A DNA stretch of 64,000 nucleotides, taken from contig CAWBHS010000026.1 in NCBI GenBank assembly GCA_963788655.1, positions 6,262 through 70,261 on the forward strand, given 5' to 3'. Under the pieces are notes generated by a model, which was given only the letters and a program-made list of their open reading frames with translations, searched no databases and was not told the origin of the DNA. The translations under genes and the position numbers were made by a program. Of the stretch, positions 10,334 to 20,225 are shown piece after piece (within the stretch, counting starts at the first letter, position 1; every line of letters starts with the position of its first letter). The DNA comes from an uncultured Verrucomicrobiae bacterium. GTDB lineage: Bacteria; Verrucomicrobiota; Verrucomicrobiia; Limisphaerales; JAFGQR01.

Positions 10334-12861
10334 ATGGTGCCGCGGTGGCTTGGGATTGCCTTTTGGCTAACGGTCGCATCGGTCAGCATGGAATTCCAGG
10401 GCGGCGACTCCAGCGACCGCCACGGCATCCTGGTCGTTCGAATCAGGACTGGACCATTGGAAGCCCCGCGCCGACACCATCCACCTCACGCACGTTGCCG
10501 CCGCCGGCGCCGCGTCCAATTCCCAGGGCTTCCTTCACATTGCGGGCACAATTACTACCGGATGGAATTATGCGCTCTCCGAACCGTTTCCCTTGGAAAC
10601 CGGCAAGCTATATCGCTGCTCCGCCTGGGTGCGCGTGACGGCGCTTGGGTCCAACACGCCCGTACCGTACTTGAAATGCGAGTTCGTGGGCGAGGATTCC
10701 ACCGCCAATCCCGGCCAGGTTCACACGGACACTTACAACTCCCGAAAGCTCGACACCTGGCAGGAATTGACGGTCGAGTTTGAAGTGCCTGCCGGCACCC
10801 GCCACGGCTGGCTGGCTTTGGAAAAGGGGACCCGGCAGCCAGCCTCCATCGAGGCGGACCTGGACGAAATCACCGTTCGCCCCATCGAACGGCTGAGCGT
10901 GTTTGACCAATTCCGTCTGGCGCCTTTGCCGGCCACGTTGGAACAGGTGCGGGGCGTGCATCCGCGGCTTTACCTCGATGCCCAACAAATTGTCGCGCTA
11001 CGCGAAGCCATCACTTCGACGCATTCGAATCTCTGGCGCGAAGTGCGCGAGCAGGCGGACCGCGCCGTCAAACAAGGACCACCAGCCTACCGGGAGGACG
11101 ACGGTTGGAGCGGTGACGAGCAACTGTGGCAGCGGTCGGTGGGCAACACGATGCCCACGCTGGCGCTGGCCTACTTGCTCAGCGATAACACGAATTACCT
11201 GAATAGCGCCCGCGATTGGGCCCTGGCGTCGTGCGCCTATCCAACCTGGGGCCTGGGGCGCATTGACGGTTTGGACCTGGCGGCGGGACATCAATTGTTC
11301 GGCTTGGCGATCGTTTATGACTGGTGCTACGAGGACTTGGGCGAGGCCGCGCGGCAACGGATTCGCGAGACGCTGACCCGGCGGGGCCAGGCCATGTTTG
11401 AAGCGGCGGCAACCGGCCGGGCCTGGTGGCGGCGTGCCTATTTGCAGAATCATTTGTGGGTGAATGCCTGCGGGCTTGCGGCGGCGGGCTTGGCGATCTT
11501 CGATGAAAATGAAGAAGCCAATTTATGGATTGGTCTCAGCCTCGACAAGTTTCGCCAAGACCATGACCGCGCTCGGACCCGACGGCGCCAGCCACGAGGG
11601 CGTGGGTTATTGGGAATATGGGGTCGAGTATTTGCTGAAGTTCATGCACCTCGCGCGTCAGCGATTGGAGGTGAATTTGTTCGATAACGACTGGTGGCGG
11701 CGCACCGCCAGCTACGCGATCTACCTGGGTTTGCCCCGGCAGGCTTGGACCCGGAGCAATTGCATCGTGGATATCGCCGATTGCCCACGTGGGCATTGGT
11801 ATGGTCCGGACCATTTGCTGCGCGCCCTGGCCCGGGAGTACCGGGACGCGAACGCCCAGTGGCTGGCCCGGGAAATCGACCAGGCGGACGTCGCGGCTTC
11901 GAGCGCGCCTTGGCTCAACGTGTTGTGGTACGATCCCACCGTCCCGGCGCTCTCGCTCAACGCGCTCCCGACGCTGCACCATTTCGACGACCTGGAAATT
12001 GTGAGCGCGCGTTCGGGATGGTCCGGCAACGAATCACTGGTCGTGTTCAAGTGCGGTCCGTTTATCGGGCACAAGGGCGTCCAGGAGTTCAGCTACGATC
12101 CGGGCGGCGGGCACGTGCATCCGGACGCCAATCATTTTGTGGTGTTCGGTGCGGGCGAATGGTTGATCCGCGACGACGGTTACCGCGCCAAATGGACGGG
12201 ACAACACAACACCCTGCTGGTCGATGGCGAAGGCCAGATGGGCGAGGGAAACCAGTGGTTCGACGGCACCGTGCCGCTGGCGGCCAAAGCGCAACCGGCG
12301 ATCACCCGCGTCTTTTCGAGCCGGACTTTTGATCATATCGTTGGCGACGCGGCGGCCGCTTATCCGGCGCGTCTGGGGGTGCGGCGCTTCCAGCGGCAAT
12401 TGCTGTTCCTCAAGCCGGATGTGCTGCTGGTGGTGGATGACATACAACTGGACGAACCGCGCACCTTGGAATTGAGGTTCCACCCCGAAGCGACCGAATT
12501 CAAACGGCAAGAGCGCGCTTTTGTTTTCCAGGAGCCTCGGGCCGTCCTGCGTCTGGAATCGCTCGTTCCCGTGGCAGTGGGCATCGATGCCGCAGCCCTC
12601 CCGGCGGCGGGACGGCACGGCGAGCAGGACCAAACCATGTTCGCGGTGCGTTTGCAGACGGAAGCAGCCCAATGGCGCACGGCGGTCGCGTTATCGTGGG
12701 CGCCGACGAACCAGCCACCCAAAAAGGTCGTCCTCCAATCCGACGAAAACCTCTGGCGGTTTCAAGCCGGTACCAATACGTGCGAACTCGATTGGACCAC
12801 CGGAAAGGTGACCGTGAAGCCCTCCATTCCAGGGAACGGTACCGGCAAGCAAAAACCGTGA
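10334..12861 (+). CDS. heparinase II/III-family polysaccharide lyase with N-terminal CBM-like domain; about 2 frameshifts (~10385-10430, ~11553)
   Basis: HPRLYLDAQQIVALREAI..., LWQRSVGNTMPTLALAYLL, HQLFGLAIVYDWCY and NHLWVNACGLAAAGLA (alginate-lyase/DUF4962-like toroid), then GVGYWEYGVEYLLKF and GGGHVHPDANHFVVFGAGEWLIRDDGY (heparinase II/III C-domain). ORFs 10334.., 10593..11687 and 11464..12861. Confidence 0.7.
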
Positions 12862-12939
12862 TCGATTTGCGGTCCTGGTTATCCTTAAACACGACGGTAT
12901 CTTGCCAAAGATTTTGCGGCACGCCTCGATCATTGTGCC

Positions 12940-14043
12940 CTATCGTTGCTCCGGCACCAACCTCAGTTCGCGCGAGCCTTGGACCGTCATTTCTCGGAAA
13001 CGGCTACCGGTCCAATCGCGTTGGCGTTTGGTCCAGGCGGAAAAAGGTCCGGCGTCCATTACTGCGCGGACATACAGCGCGCGGCGGATGGCTCCTGCTT
13101 CGCCCTTCACTACACGCGCATCCGTGACCCGGCCATCTGCATAGAGACGGAATTTCAAGACCAGCTCCCCTATCGGTTCGGCGGGAGCGGCGCTTTCCGT
13201 GGGTAGCACTTGCTGCAAGACGGCATTGATCCGTTGCAACAGGAGCTGATCGTATTGGGCAAAGGGATATCGTCAGGGAATCCTTCCGCTCGCCCAGCGG
13301 CAGAGTTCCGCGGCTGGTGTGATTGGTAAAACGAGGTGACATCCCAAGCCGCCGGGACGCCGGCATTCGCGTTCTGATTGGTAGCGCTGCTGGCCGTCGT
13401 CGATGTTCGCCGTGCGCGCTGGTAATCGGCGGCCGCAAAAGCCTGCACGACATCTTCAAGGCTGGCGGTTTGCCAGTTGGTCAAGCCGTCAATCTGGCGT
13501 CGGTCGAGTCCCGCCAGCACGTTCGTGTCATAGACGAACTGCAGCGAGTTCACATACGGCGAACACGCGCCGAGAACGCAACGCGCACAGTCGGCCAATA
13601 CGCGGCGCGTTTCCAGGCTGTTGAACGCAACCACCAGATCGAATTCGGTGAACCGGTCCACGTTGACGTCCACGCGCGCGCCTTTAGGAGCGCAGGCATG
13701 AGCGACGCGGCGGATCATTTCCGGCAGCGGGTAGGTCCGGATCTTTGAGCGCCAGTTGCACCGGGTCGCCCAGCGCGGATTCCAATGCCTGGCGTTGGCG
13801 GTTCAAGGTTTCGTCCGCTTTCTGGACAAGTTGGCCTTGCGCGGTGTGAAGTTGTTCCCGCACTTCAAGGCGCGCGTTCCATTCATCATTGGTCCATTGT
13901 TCGCGCCGGGCTTGGAGTGTTGCCGCGTGGGCTTGGTCCAGCTTCAACCGCTCATGTTGGAAATGATAGTAAACCCCGGCCCCGGCCCCCAATCCGGCGG
14001 CGGCAGTCAACAGCGTAAGTAGTGCCGGGGAAGGACGGCGCAT
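12940..14043 (-). CDS. membrane-anchored coiled-coil protein with TonB-C-like C-terminal domain; about 2 frameshifts (~13245, ~13715)
   Basis: N-terminal TM MRRPSPALLTLLTAAAGLGAGAGVYY, then heptad-like region. C-terminus GELVLKFRLYADGRVTDARVVKGEAGAIRRALYVRAVMDAGPF resembles TonB_C. ORFs 13684..14043, 13170..13718 and 12940..13239 join in series. Confidence 0.45.
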
Positions 14044-14049
14044 GGGCAG

Positions 14050-15175
14050 CTAAAATTTGAGCGGTCCGGCCGGATCAAGGCGCGGACTGGCACCGGCGGG
14101 TTCGCGGTTGATCGAGAGTTTCTGAAAGCCATCGGTTTCCACCGTCATCAGGGCGGCGATTTTGTGGAGGGGCAACAAGCGCCAACTGGCGACCTGGGCG
14201 GCGGCTGCTTCGGAAATGCTGCACCGATACACCACGTCCCAATCCACCGGAGCCTCAGTCACCGGCAACGGTTGCTCCGGCCCCGCCACCTCCGGCGCTG
14301 CATCTGAATGTCGCACCGCGTGGTTGGCGGAGATTTGAATTTTGCGGATGCCACGCCAACCACAACTGTCGAACAAGTCCCGCATGACCTGCGCGCACAT
14401 CAAGACAGTTTCCTGTTTCATTTCTTCAAGGGAGGCGTGCCGCGTCCAGGCGCCTTGCTCGTGCGGCGACAGGGCCGAGATTTTGAAGGCCAGTTCAATG
14501 CTGAACTTGTCACCGTCCGCTATGATTTTGTTCGTTGATTCCGGCGGCGCCACCATGCGGATGACTTGTTCTAGCGCCTGCCGCGCGGCAATTCCTGGAT
14601 CACGTCCCACGCGCTCGACTTCCAGAAGCGTCCGCTCCAAGGGGGAGGCGGCGAACGCCGGATCGTGCCGGAGTCGGCGGTCCCATTCCTCGTTATGCCG
14701 CACGCGGGCTAATTTACCGGAAATCAAGTCGGCATTGGTGAGCAGGTTCTGGTAAAAACTGGTTTCGGTTTTCAGCCGCGCTTCAATTCTGTCTTGGACC
14801 TGCTGGAGCTCCTGCTGCTGCGTTTTCCTGATTTCGTCCAAGTCGGCCTCGTGCTGACGTTCGGCCTGCTGCAATCGGAGCTTCAAGTTGCTGACGATGT
14901 TGCTGCAAGTCCCAGGTAGCGTAATGGGCATAGGCGCCTACTGCCAGCCCAACGGGCAGGCTCATTCCGATCCAGGCCAACCGCCAATGTGCCTGTCCCC
15001 ATGACCGTAGCCGGCCTGTAAAGGTGAATGGGTTGGGCAATTGTTCGTTGCACTCGACACAGCGCAAATCATTCGGCGAGTTGGGGCGGTGAACTCGGTT
15101 TTGATAGCCGCAATGAGCGCACCGAACCACCAACGCATGGGGCTCGGCGACATCGGTTGATTGAGGGTCACTCAT
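14050..15175 (-). CDS. zinc-ribbon / single-TM / coiled-coil protein of unknown function; 1 frameshift ~14890
   Basis: ATG 15175: MSDPQSTD..VVRCAHCGYQNRV...LRCVECNEQL (CxxC..CxxC), TM WRLAWIGMSLPVGLAVGAYAHY, then Q/E/R-rich coiled coil. ORFs 14783..15199 and 14050..14931 overlap in different frames. Confidence 0.45.
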
Positions 15176-15234
15176 TTCAAAAACAAGAACACGAAACACG
15201 GTTGCATAACCGAACCGCAGCCTGTCGGTTGGCG

Positions 15235-16101
15235 CTACTTTCCGTTAAGCCCTTTCAAATACGCCAGGATCAACTCCGGCAAGTCGTCGCTGTAACCGCC
15301 TTCCAATAGATGGAAAGCGGGAATCTTCAATTGCGCAATTTGTTGGCCGAGCCAATGAAAGTCTTCCTGTTCGAGAGTTTCCTGGGCGATGGGATCGTAC
15401 AGGTAAGCGTCGAATCCGGCCGAAACAGCGATCAATTCCGGTTGGGATTCTTTCAATGCCGTGAGGGCTTTGCTCAGGATTTCGCGGTACTTTTCCCGCG
15501 GCGTGTGCGGCCGCACGGGATAATTGAAGCAGTTTTCGCCTTCATTGCTGGTGCCCGTGCCGGGAAAACACGGATATTGATGGATCGAGTAGAAGTTGAC
15601 ACCGGGTTCGTTCAGCAGAATCGCTTCGCTTCCGTTGCCGTGGTGGACGTCAAAATCAAAGACGGCCATCTGTTTCGTGCCGGTGTGCAAGGCTTCCAGC
15701 ACGGTGATGGCTAGGTTGCCCAGGTAACAGAAACCCATCGCCCGATCGCTGGTGGCATGGTGGCCGGGCGGACGCAAGAGGCTGAAAGCAATCTCGCCCG
15801 AGCGCGCCGCCTGCAACGCGCGCAAGCCGCCGCCCACCGAACGCCGGGCGTGTTCGTAAATGCCGGGATACGCCGGCGTGTCCCCGTCGAAATCATGGCT
15901 GGAAAGTTTCACCGAAGCCAGGTGCTGCCGCGTGTGCGCGCGCAGAATTACTTCTTCCGTAGCTTCCAACGGCGCGGTCCAAGTAAGCTCCAAATCCTTT
16001 TGGGACCGGAGCCGTTCGATGGTTCGGCTGACGCGTTCCGGCCGTTCCGGGTGTCCCACGGCCGAGTAGCCCGTGCAGCGTTCGTCAGTAATGATCGTCA
16101 T
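15235..16101 (-). CDS. histone deacetylase-family (acetoin utilisation/acetylpolyamine amidohydrolase-like) protein
   Basis: ORF 15235..16236; likely start ATG 16101 (MTIITDERCTGY). HDAC motifs LRPPGHHA, FDFDVHHGNGSE and GFDAY. Confidence 0.85.
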   Translation of the reverse strand: MTIITDERCTGYSAVGHPERPERVSRTIERLRSQKDLELTWTAPLEATEEVILRAHTRQHLASVKLSSHDFDGDTPAYPGIYEHARRSVGGGLRALQAARSGEIAFSLLRPPGHHATSDRAMGFCYLGNLAITVLEALHTGTKQMAVFDFDVHHGNGSEAILLNEPGVNFYSIHQYPCFPGTGTSNEGENCFNYPVRPHTPREKYREILSKALTALKESQPELIAVSAGFDAYLYDPIAQETLEQEDFHWLGQQIAQLKIPAFHLLEGGYSDDLPELILAYLKGLNGK

Positions 16102-16225
16102 GCACTCCATTATGAACAAAGCGCCGAAAATGAACAGCGGGGAATTGCGGGAGGCGAAAAGGAATCGGTCGGTTTCGATAGCGGGATGTGAATTGCAGTG
16201 GAAGGAGTGAATTTCCTTTGATACT

Positions 16226-16450
16226 ATGGGGGGCATGAGTATAGCTGAAGTTGAGAAAGAAGCGCTGGCCTTGCCGGAAAACGAACGGGCGCGTCTGGCG
16301 GCTTCGCTGCTCGAAACCTTGCCGCCACCACTAGCGGAAGTTTCCGATGAAGAGGTTTTTCAGCGCGCCAGGGACTTGGAGGATGGGCGCGCCAAAGAGA
16401 TATCCCATCAGGAGTTTGTCCGTCGGGTTGAACACGAGCGCCGACGATGA
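16226..16450 (+). CDS. type II antitoxin, putative addiction-module component (partner of ParE/RelE-type toxin)
   Basis: 74 aa. SIAEVEKEALALPENERARLAASLLETL...VSDEE...RRVEHERR pattern typical of this antitoxin class. The stop overlaps the next ATG (ATGA at 16447-16450). Alternative start ATG 16235. Confidence 0.65.
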   Translation: MGGMSIAEVEKEALALPENERARLAASLLETLPPPLAEVSDEEVFQRARDLEDGRAKEISHQEFVRRVEHERRR

Positions 16451-16812
16451 GGGTGGTTTACCACGCCGCCGTTCAGCAGGATATCAATCGGGCGTTGCAC
16501 TGTTACGACCAACTATCCGGTCGTCTCGGAGACGAGTTCTGGCAGGAACTAACGGCGTATATTGAAGCCGCCGCTGCCAATCCGCTGCGGTTTCATTCTT
16601 AATTGAAGGGTCTGCACCGTGCGAACTTGAAGCGGTTCCCTTATTCTTTTCTGTACCGAATTCTCTCTGATCGTATTCGCGTCATCGCCGTTCACCACCC
16701 AGCGATTCACATTAGGGAACAGATTGGGACGCCGGGTGAGGTCACCCGGCCTACCCGAGGGCGGGTTTGCGGCGTTGTAGGCCGGGGGCCCTCACCCGGC
16801 GAAAGCGGCTGA
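16447..16812 (+). pseudogene. ParE/RelE-family toxin interrupted by an in-frame TAA (16600-16602), with a REP element at its 3' end
   Basis: MRVVYHAAVQQDINRALHCYDQLSGRLGDEFWQELTAYIEAAAANPLRFHS-stop-LKGLHRANLKRFPYSFLYRILSDRIRVIAVHH, all in one frame (16447.. and ORF 16603..16812). KRFPYxxxYR...I.V.AV.H is the toxin core. The last ~80 nt are a 22-nt inverted-repeat REP (16731-16796). Confidence 0.65.
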
Positions 16813-16898
16813 GGAACTCCGCCATTTTTAGCCATTTTTAGCTGTTCATTTGGTCGAAGCCGTGATTCACTTGGTTGAACCAATCGGAAAGGCTCATT

Positions 16899-19383
16899 AT
16901 GAAACAAGTTGGTTATGTCGCCCTCAATACTCTGCTGCTTGCCTTGTCTTGTGCGGCTCAGCAAATCCCCATCAACTCTTCCATCGCGTACGACGCGAAT
17001 GATCCCACCCACGCCATCGTGCTCACGTGGGAAGCGATTCCGACGAAGATACTACAACGTGTTGACGACGACCGCGCTGGGACAACAGCCCTGGACATCC
17101 CTTAATCCCAACCCGATCTACGCGTCCAACAACCTGGTGCGTTTCGCGGACACCAATGACCAGTCCGCGCGGTTCTACAAGGTGGTCAAACTGGACACGG
17201 ACCCGCCGGAGGTCTGGCGGGCGGCGCCGGGGGACGGCGCGATTGCCGTGGGACGGCAAAGCCCGCTGAAGGTATATCTGCAGGACGAAACGGCGATTGA
17301 TCCCACTTCGATTGCGTTGACGGTGGGCACCAACCCGCCGGCGACGCTGGCCGATGGACGACTGGCCTACGCGAATGGCATGCTCACCTACACTCCGGGC
17401 ACCAATGAGTTCCTGGGCAACTACGCCGCGACCGTGAGTTGCGCCCTGGCCGTGTCCGATACTCTGGGTCAGCGCGGAACCAACGCGTGGTCCTTCGGGC
17501 TCGAACTGGAAACGGTTCTGGCGGACAACGTGGTGCTGATTGGCAGTCCCCCGGGATTCGCCGCCAAAACCGCCGCCTTGGCCAGTTCCTCCGGGCTGAC
17601 GCTGGTGTCCACCAATGGAGCGACCTTTGTCTTCAGCTATACCGGCGCTTCTTCCGGGCTGACCAATGGCCAAGTCCTGGTGAGCACCGACCCGGCTCAT
17701 GCCTACAAACGAAAGATCATTTCGCTGGCCGACGATCCGGGAAACCAGACCGTCACCGTGGTTACCGAACAGGCTTCCTTGGCCGAGTGTGTCCAGCAGG
17801 GCAGCATTCGCCTGACCGGAGATTTTGCCGACTTGACCGGTGGGGGCGCTGGATTCTCCTCGATTGGCGCCACCATCTCCTTGGATGGGACCGAGTTGTT
17901 CGACAACGGTACGATCCGGGTGGAAGTGGTTTCCGGGCAAATCAGCTTCACGCCCGATTTCACCGTTTCCGGTGAGTTCGACTCCGGGCGTCTGGTTTCC
18001 TTCGATTCCGAGATCTCCGGCACGGTGGGCTTGGACATGACGCTGCGAGGGAGTTTCCAGGTGACCGGTGATTGGGACGGCACCAAACCCCTCATCACTC
18101 CCATCCGCAAGGTCAATGTTCTCGCTTGGATTGCGGTTATCCCGGTTTGGACCGAAGCGGTGATGGAGTTTGATATTGGTTACGAAGCGCAGGCCGAAGC
18201 GTTTGGGGAGGCGACGGCGGGCTTTACGTCCTCGCGGACAATGACTTTTGGCGCCCGGCTGCGCGATGGGAATTGGAGCATGTTCCGCGATGAGTCCTCG
18301 TCGTTTGTTCCTGTGCCGCCCTCGTGGTCGATCAATGGCGCGGCCAAGGTGGCGGTTTATGTGGAGCCGAAACTGACGGTGTATTTGGAGAGCCTGGCGG
18401 GGCTGTCGGCGAACTTGAAGCCGTATCTGGAGGCGGACGGCAAGGCATGTGTGGTGCCGGGGCAGGCGGGAGTGGACTTTTCGTTGTATGCGGGTTTGAG
18501 CAGCACGTTGGCGGTGGATGTCAGGGGTTGGGATGAGGACTGGGGGACGTTGCCTTCGTGGGAACTGTTCAATTTGCGCAAGCAAATCTACCATAAGAAC
18601 CTGACGACACCCACGGGGCCGCCACCAAATGTTCTGCCGGGCATGGTGTGGATTCCGTGCGGGAGATTTACCATGGGCAGCCCGGAGAGCGAGCCGGCGC
18701 GTTATTCCAACGAAACCCAGCATGAGGTGACGATCAGCCGGGGGTTTTGGATGGGGAAGTATGAGGTAACTCAGGCGGAGTACCAAGCGGTGATGGGGAG
18801 CAATCCGAGCTATTTCCAGGGAGCCAACCTGCCGGTGGAAACAGTCAGTTGGCATGATGCGGTGGCGTATTGTGCGGCGTTGACGGCGCGGGAGCAGGCG
18901 GCGGGGCGGTTGCCCGCAGGGTATGTGTATCGGTTACCGACGGAGGCGCAGTGGGAGTATGCGTGCCGGGCCGGGACGACCACGCCGTTCCATTACGGGA
19001 ACGCGTTGCGTTCGGGGATGGCGAACTTTGATGGCCGTTACGAATATCCACCGTGCGGGAGTGACTACTATGGCTGCTACAACCCCGGCGGCACCTACCT
19101 GGGGCGAACGACTTCGGTGGGGAGCTATGCGCCGAACGCGTGGGGATTTTATGACATGCACGGGAATGTGTGGGAGTGGTGTGCGGACTGGTATGGGGCG
19201 TACCGATGCGGGGCCCGTGACGGATCCTGTGGGGCCTGCCACGGGCTCGCACCGCGTGGTCCGCGGCGGCTATTGGCACTCCCTCGCCAGGTACTGCCGG
19301 TCAGCGGGTCGCGGCCACGACTACCCGGACTACTGGTACGGCAACTCGGGTTCCGGGTGGTGCTGGTCCCAGGTCAGCCATGA
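16899..19383 (+). CDS. DGR target protein: secreted Ig-like/beta-rich surface protein with C-terminal FGE-sulfatase (C-type-lectin fold) domain carrying VR; about 3 frame changes (~17047, ~19205, ~19346)
   Basis: Signal peptide MKQVGYVALNTLLLALSCAAQQ (ORF 16875..). Main ORF 16909..19383. FGE-domain blocks MVWIPCGRFTMGSPE, EVTQAEYQAVMGSNPS, PVETVSWHDAVAYC, RLPTEAQWEYACRAG, YDMHGNVWEWCADWY. Frame +1 gives GSHRVVRGGYWHSLARYCRSAGRG.. and the gene ends GFRVVLVPGQP. Confidence 0.8.
19241..19353 (+). repeat. DGR variable repeat (VR)
   Basis: Aligns to 21228-21341 with one 1-nt gap. Examples TR->VR: AAC AAC AAC -> CAC TCC CTC, AAC->GGC, AAC->TAC, AGG->TGG. Flanks acgggctcg and gggttccg are identical. 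Confidence 0.75.
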
Positions 19384-19560
19384 GCTGGAAGGGGCGGCGG
19401 AGCGGCGCCGGAGCAGTCGAGGCGGGGCGAGGGACGAGCGAAGCCTGACTGCGGAGAGGCAGCGGAGCGACAATGCAAACGTAGCGGCGAAGATGAAAAA
19501 GCCCCGCGCAGCGGTCGCGATTTTTTTCCAAAATCGCGCGTGCCTTTCCGGCTCCCGCCC

Positions 19561-19624
19561 GGAGCGCGGACATTCTTGTCCGCCTTCCGCGCCGTCCGCT
19601 CGTCAGCGGACAAGAATTTTCCGC
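19561..19624. repeat. REP-like inverted repeat (ggagcgcggacattcttgtccgc family)
   Basis: Arm 19561-19583 and partner gcggacaagaattttccgc at 19606-19624. The same family recurs at 20147-20216. Confidence 0.7.
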
Positions 19625-19714
19625 ACCGATCGGCGCTCCTGTGAGTGAGGCCGCCATGCAACTGAAAGCTGTTCGTGCTCCCGATCAAGAACCTCGCCGC
19701 CGCGGAAGGGCGAG

Positions 19715-20119
19715 ATGAATGCGTTCCTGCGCGGGCACCGGGTGCTGGCGGTGAAGAAAGAATTCGTGCCGGACGGGGAGAACTCCTTCTGGACTTTTTG
19801 CGTGGAATTCCTGGACGGGGCGCCTGGGGGAGCATTACCCACGGGCAGCAAGCGGCCCAAGGTGGATTACAAGGAGGTGCTGAAGCCGGAGGAATTCGAG
19901 GTGTTCAGCCGGCTGCGCGAGTGGCGCAAGGCCGTGGCGGAGAAGGAAGGGGTGCCGGTGTATGTGGTGCTCAGCAATGAGCAACTGGCTGAAATGGTGC
20001 GGCGGCGGGCCTCCAGCAAAGCCCAACTGAAAGAGATCGAAGGCGTGGGCGACGCCCGCATCGAGAAATACGGCGCGGCGCTGCTGGAGCGGCTCGTTTT
20101 CAATCCGGTACCTGAATGA
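19715..20119 (+). CDS. HRDC-domain protein, putative DGR accessory factor
   Basis: 134 aa. C-terminal half PEEFEVFSRLREWRKAVAEKEGVPVYVVLSNEQLAEMVRRRASSKAQLKEIEGVGDARIEKYGAALLE matches the HRDC pattern of RecQ/RNase D. It sits between the VR gene and the RT. GGAAGGG lies upstream of the ATG. Confidence 0.75.
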   Translation: MNAFLRGHRVLAVKKEFVPDGENSFWTFCVEFLDGAPGGALPTGSKRPKVDYKEVLKPEEFEVFSRLREWRKAVAEKEGVPVYVVLSNEQLAEMVRRRASSKAQLKEIEGVGDARIEKYGAALLERLVFNPVPE

Positions 20120-20146
20120 GAGGAGCGCGCGAGCCGGTGCCGGCCT

Positions 20147-20216
20147 GGAGCGCGGACATTCTTGTCCGCTTGGGCGCCCCACCCGCGCCGGATGCGGACA
20201 GGAATGTCCGCGCTCC
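20147..20216. repeat. REP-like 23-nt inverted repeat filling the HRDC-RT spacer
   Basis: ggagcgcggacattcttgtccgc (20147-20169) and gcggacaggaatgtccgcgctcc (20194-20216): one mismatch, 24-nt loop. Confidence 0.8.
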
Positions 20217-20225
20217 GCCCCCGGC

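Noticed and set aside
17023-18855. 610-aa antisense ORF opposite the DGR target. Similar long shadow ORFs include 27440..29401(+), 33053..34459(+), 39094..40422(-), 43798..45015(-), 59561..60712(+), 48202..49059(+) and 24050..24826(+).
   Set aside because: All lie opposite genes with clear family motifs. They have R/G/P/H/Q-rich low-complexity composition typical of antisense frames in GC-rich DNA, and they lack any recognisable domain.
19384-19714. An Avd-like accessory ORF, or a target-recognition hairpin immediately after the VR.
   Set aside because: No plausible ORF is seen on the plus strand. The nearest hairpins (19516-19538 and 19561-19624) are more than 130 nt past the stop codon and belong to, or resemble, generic REP families.
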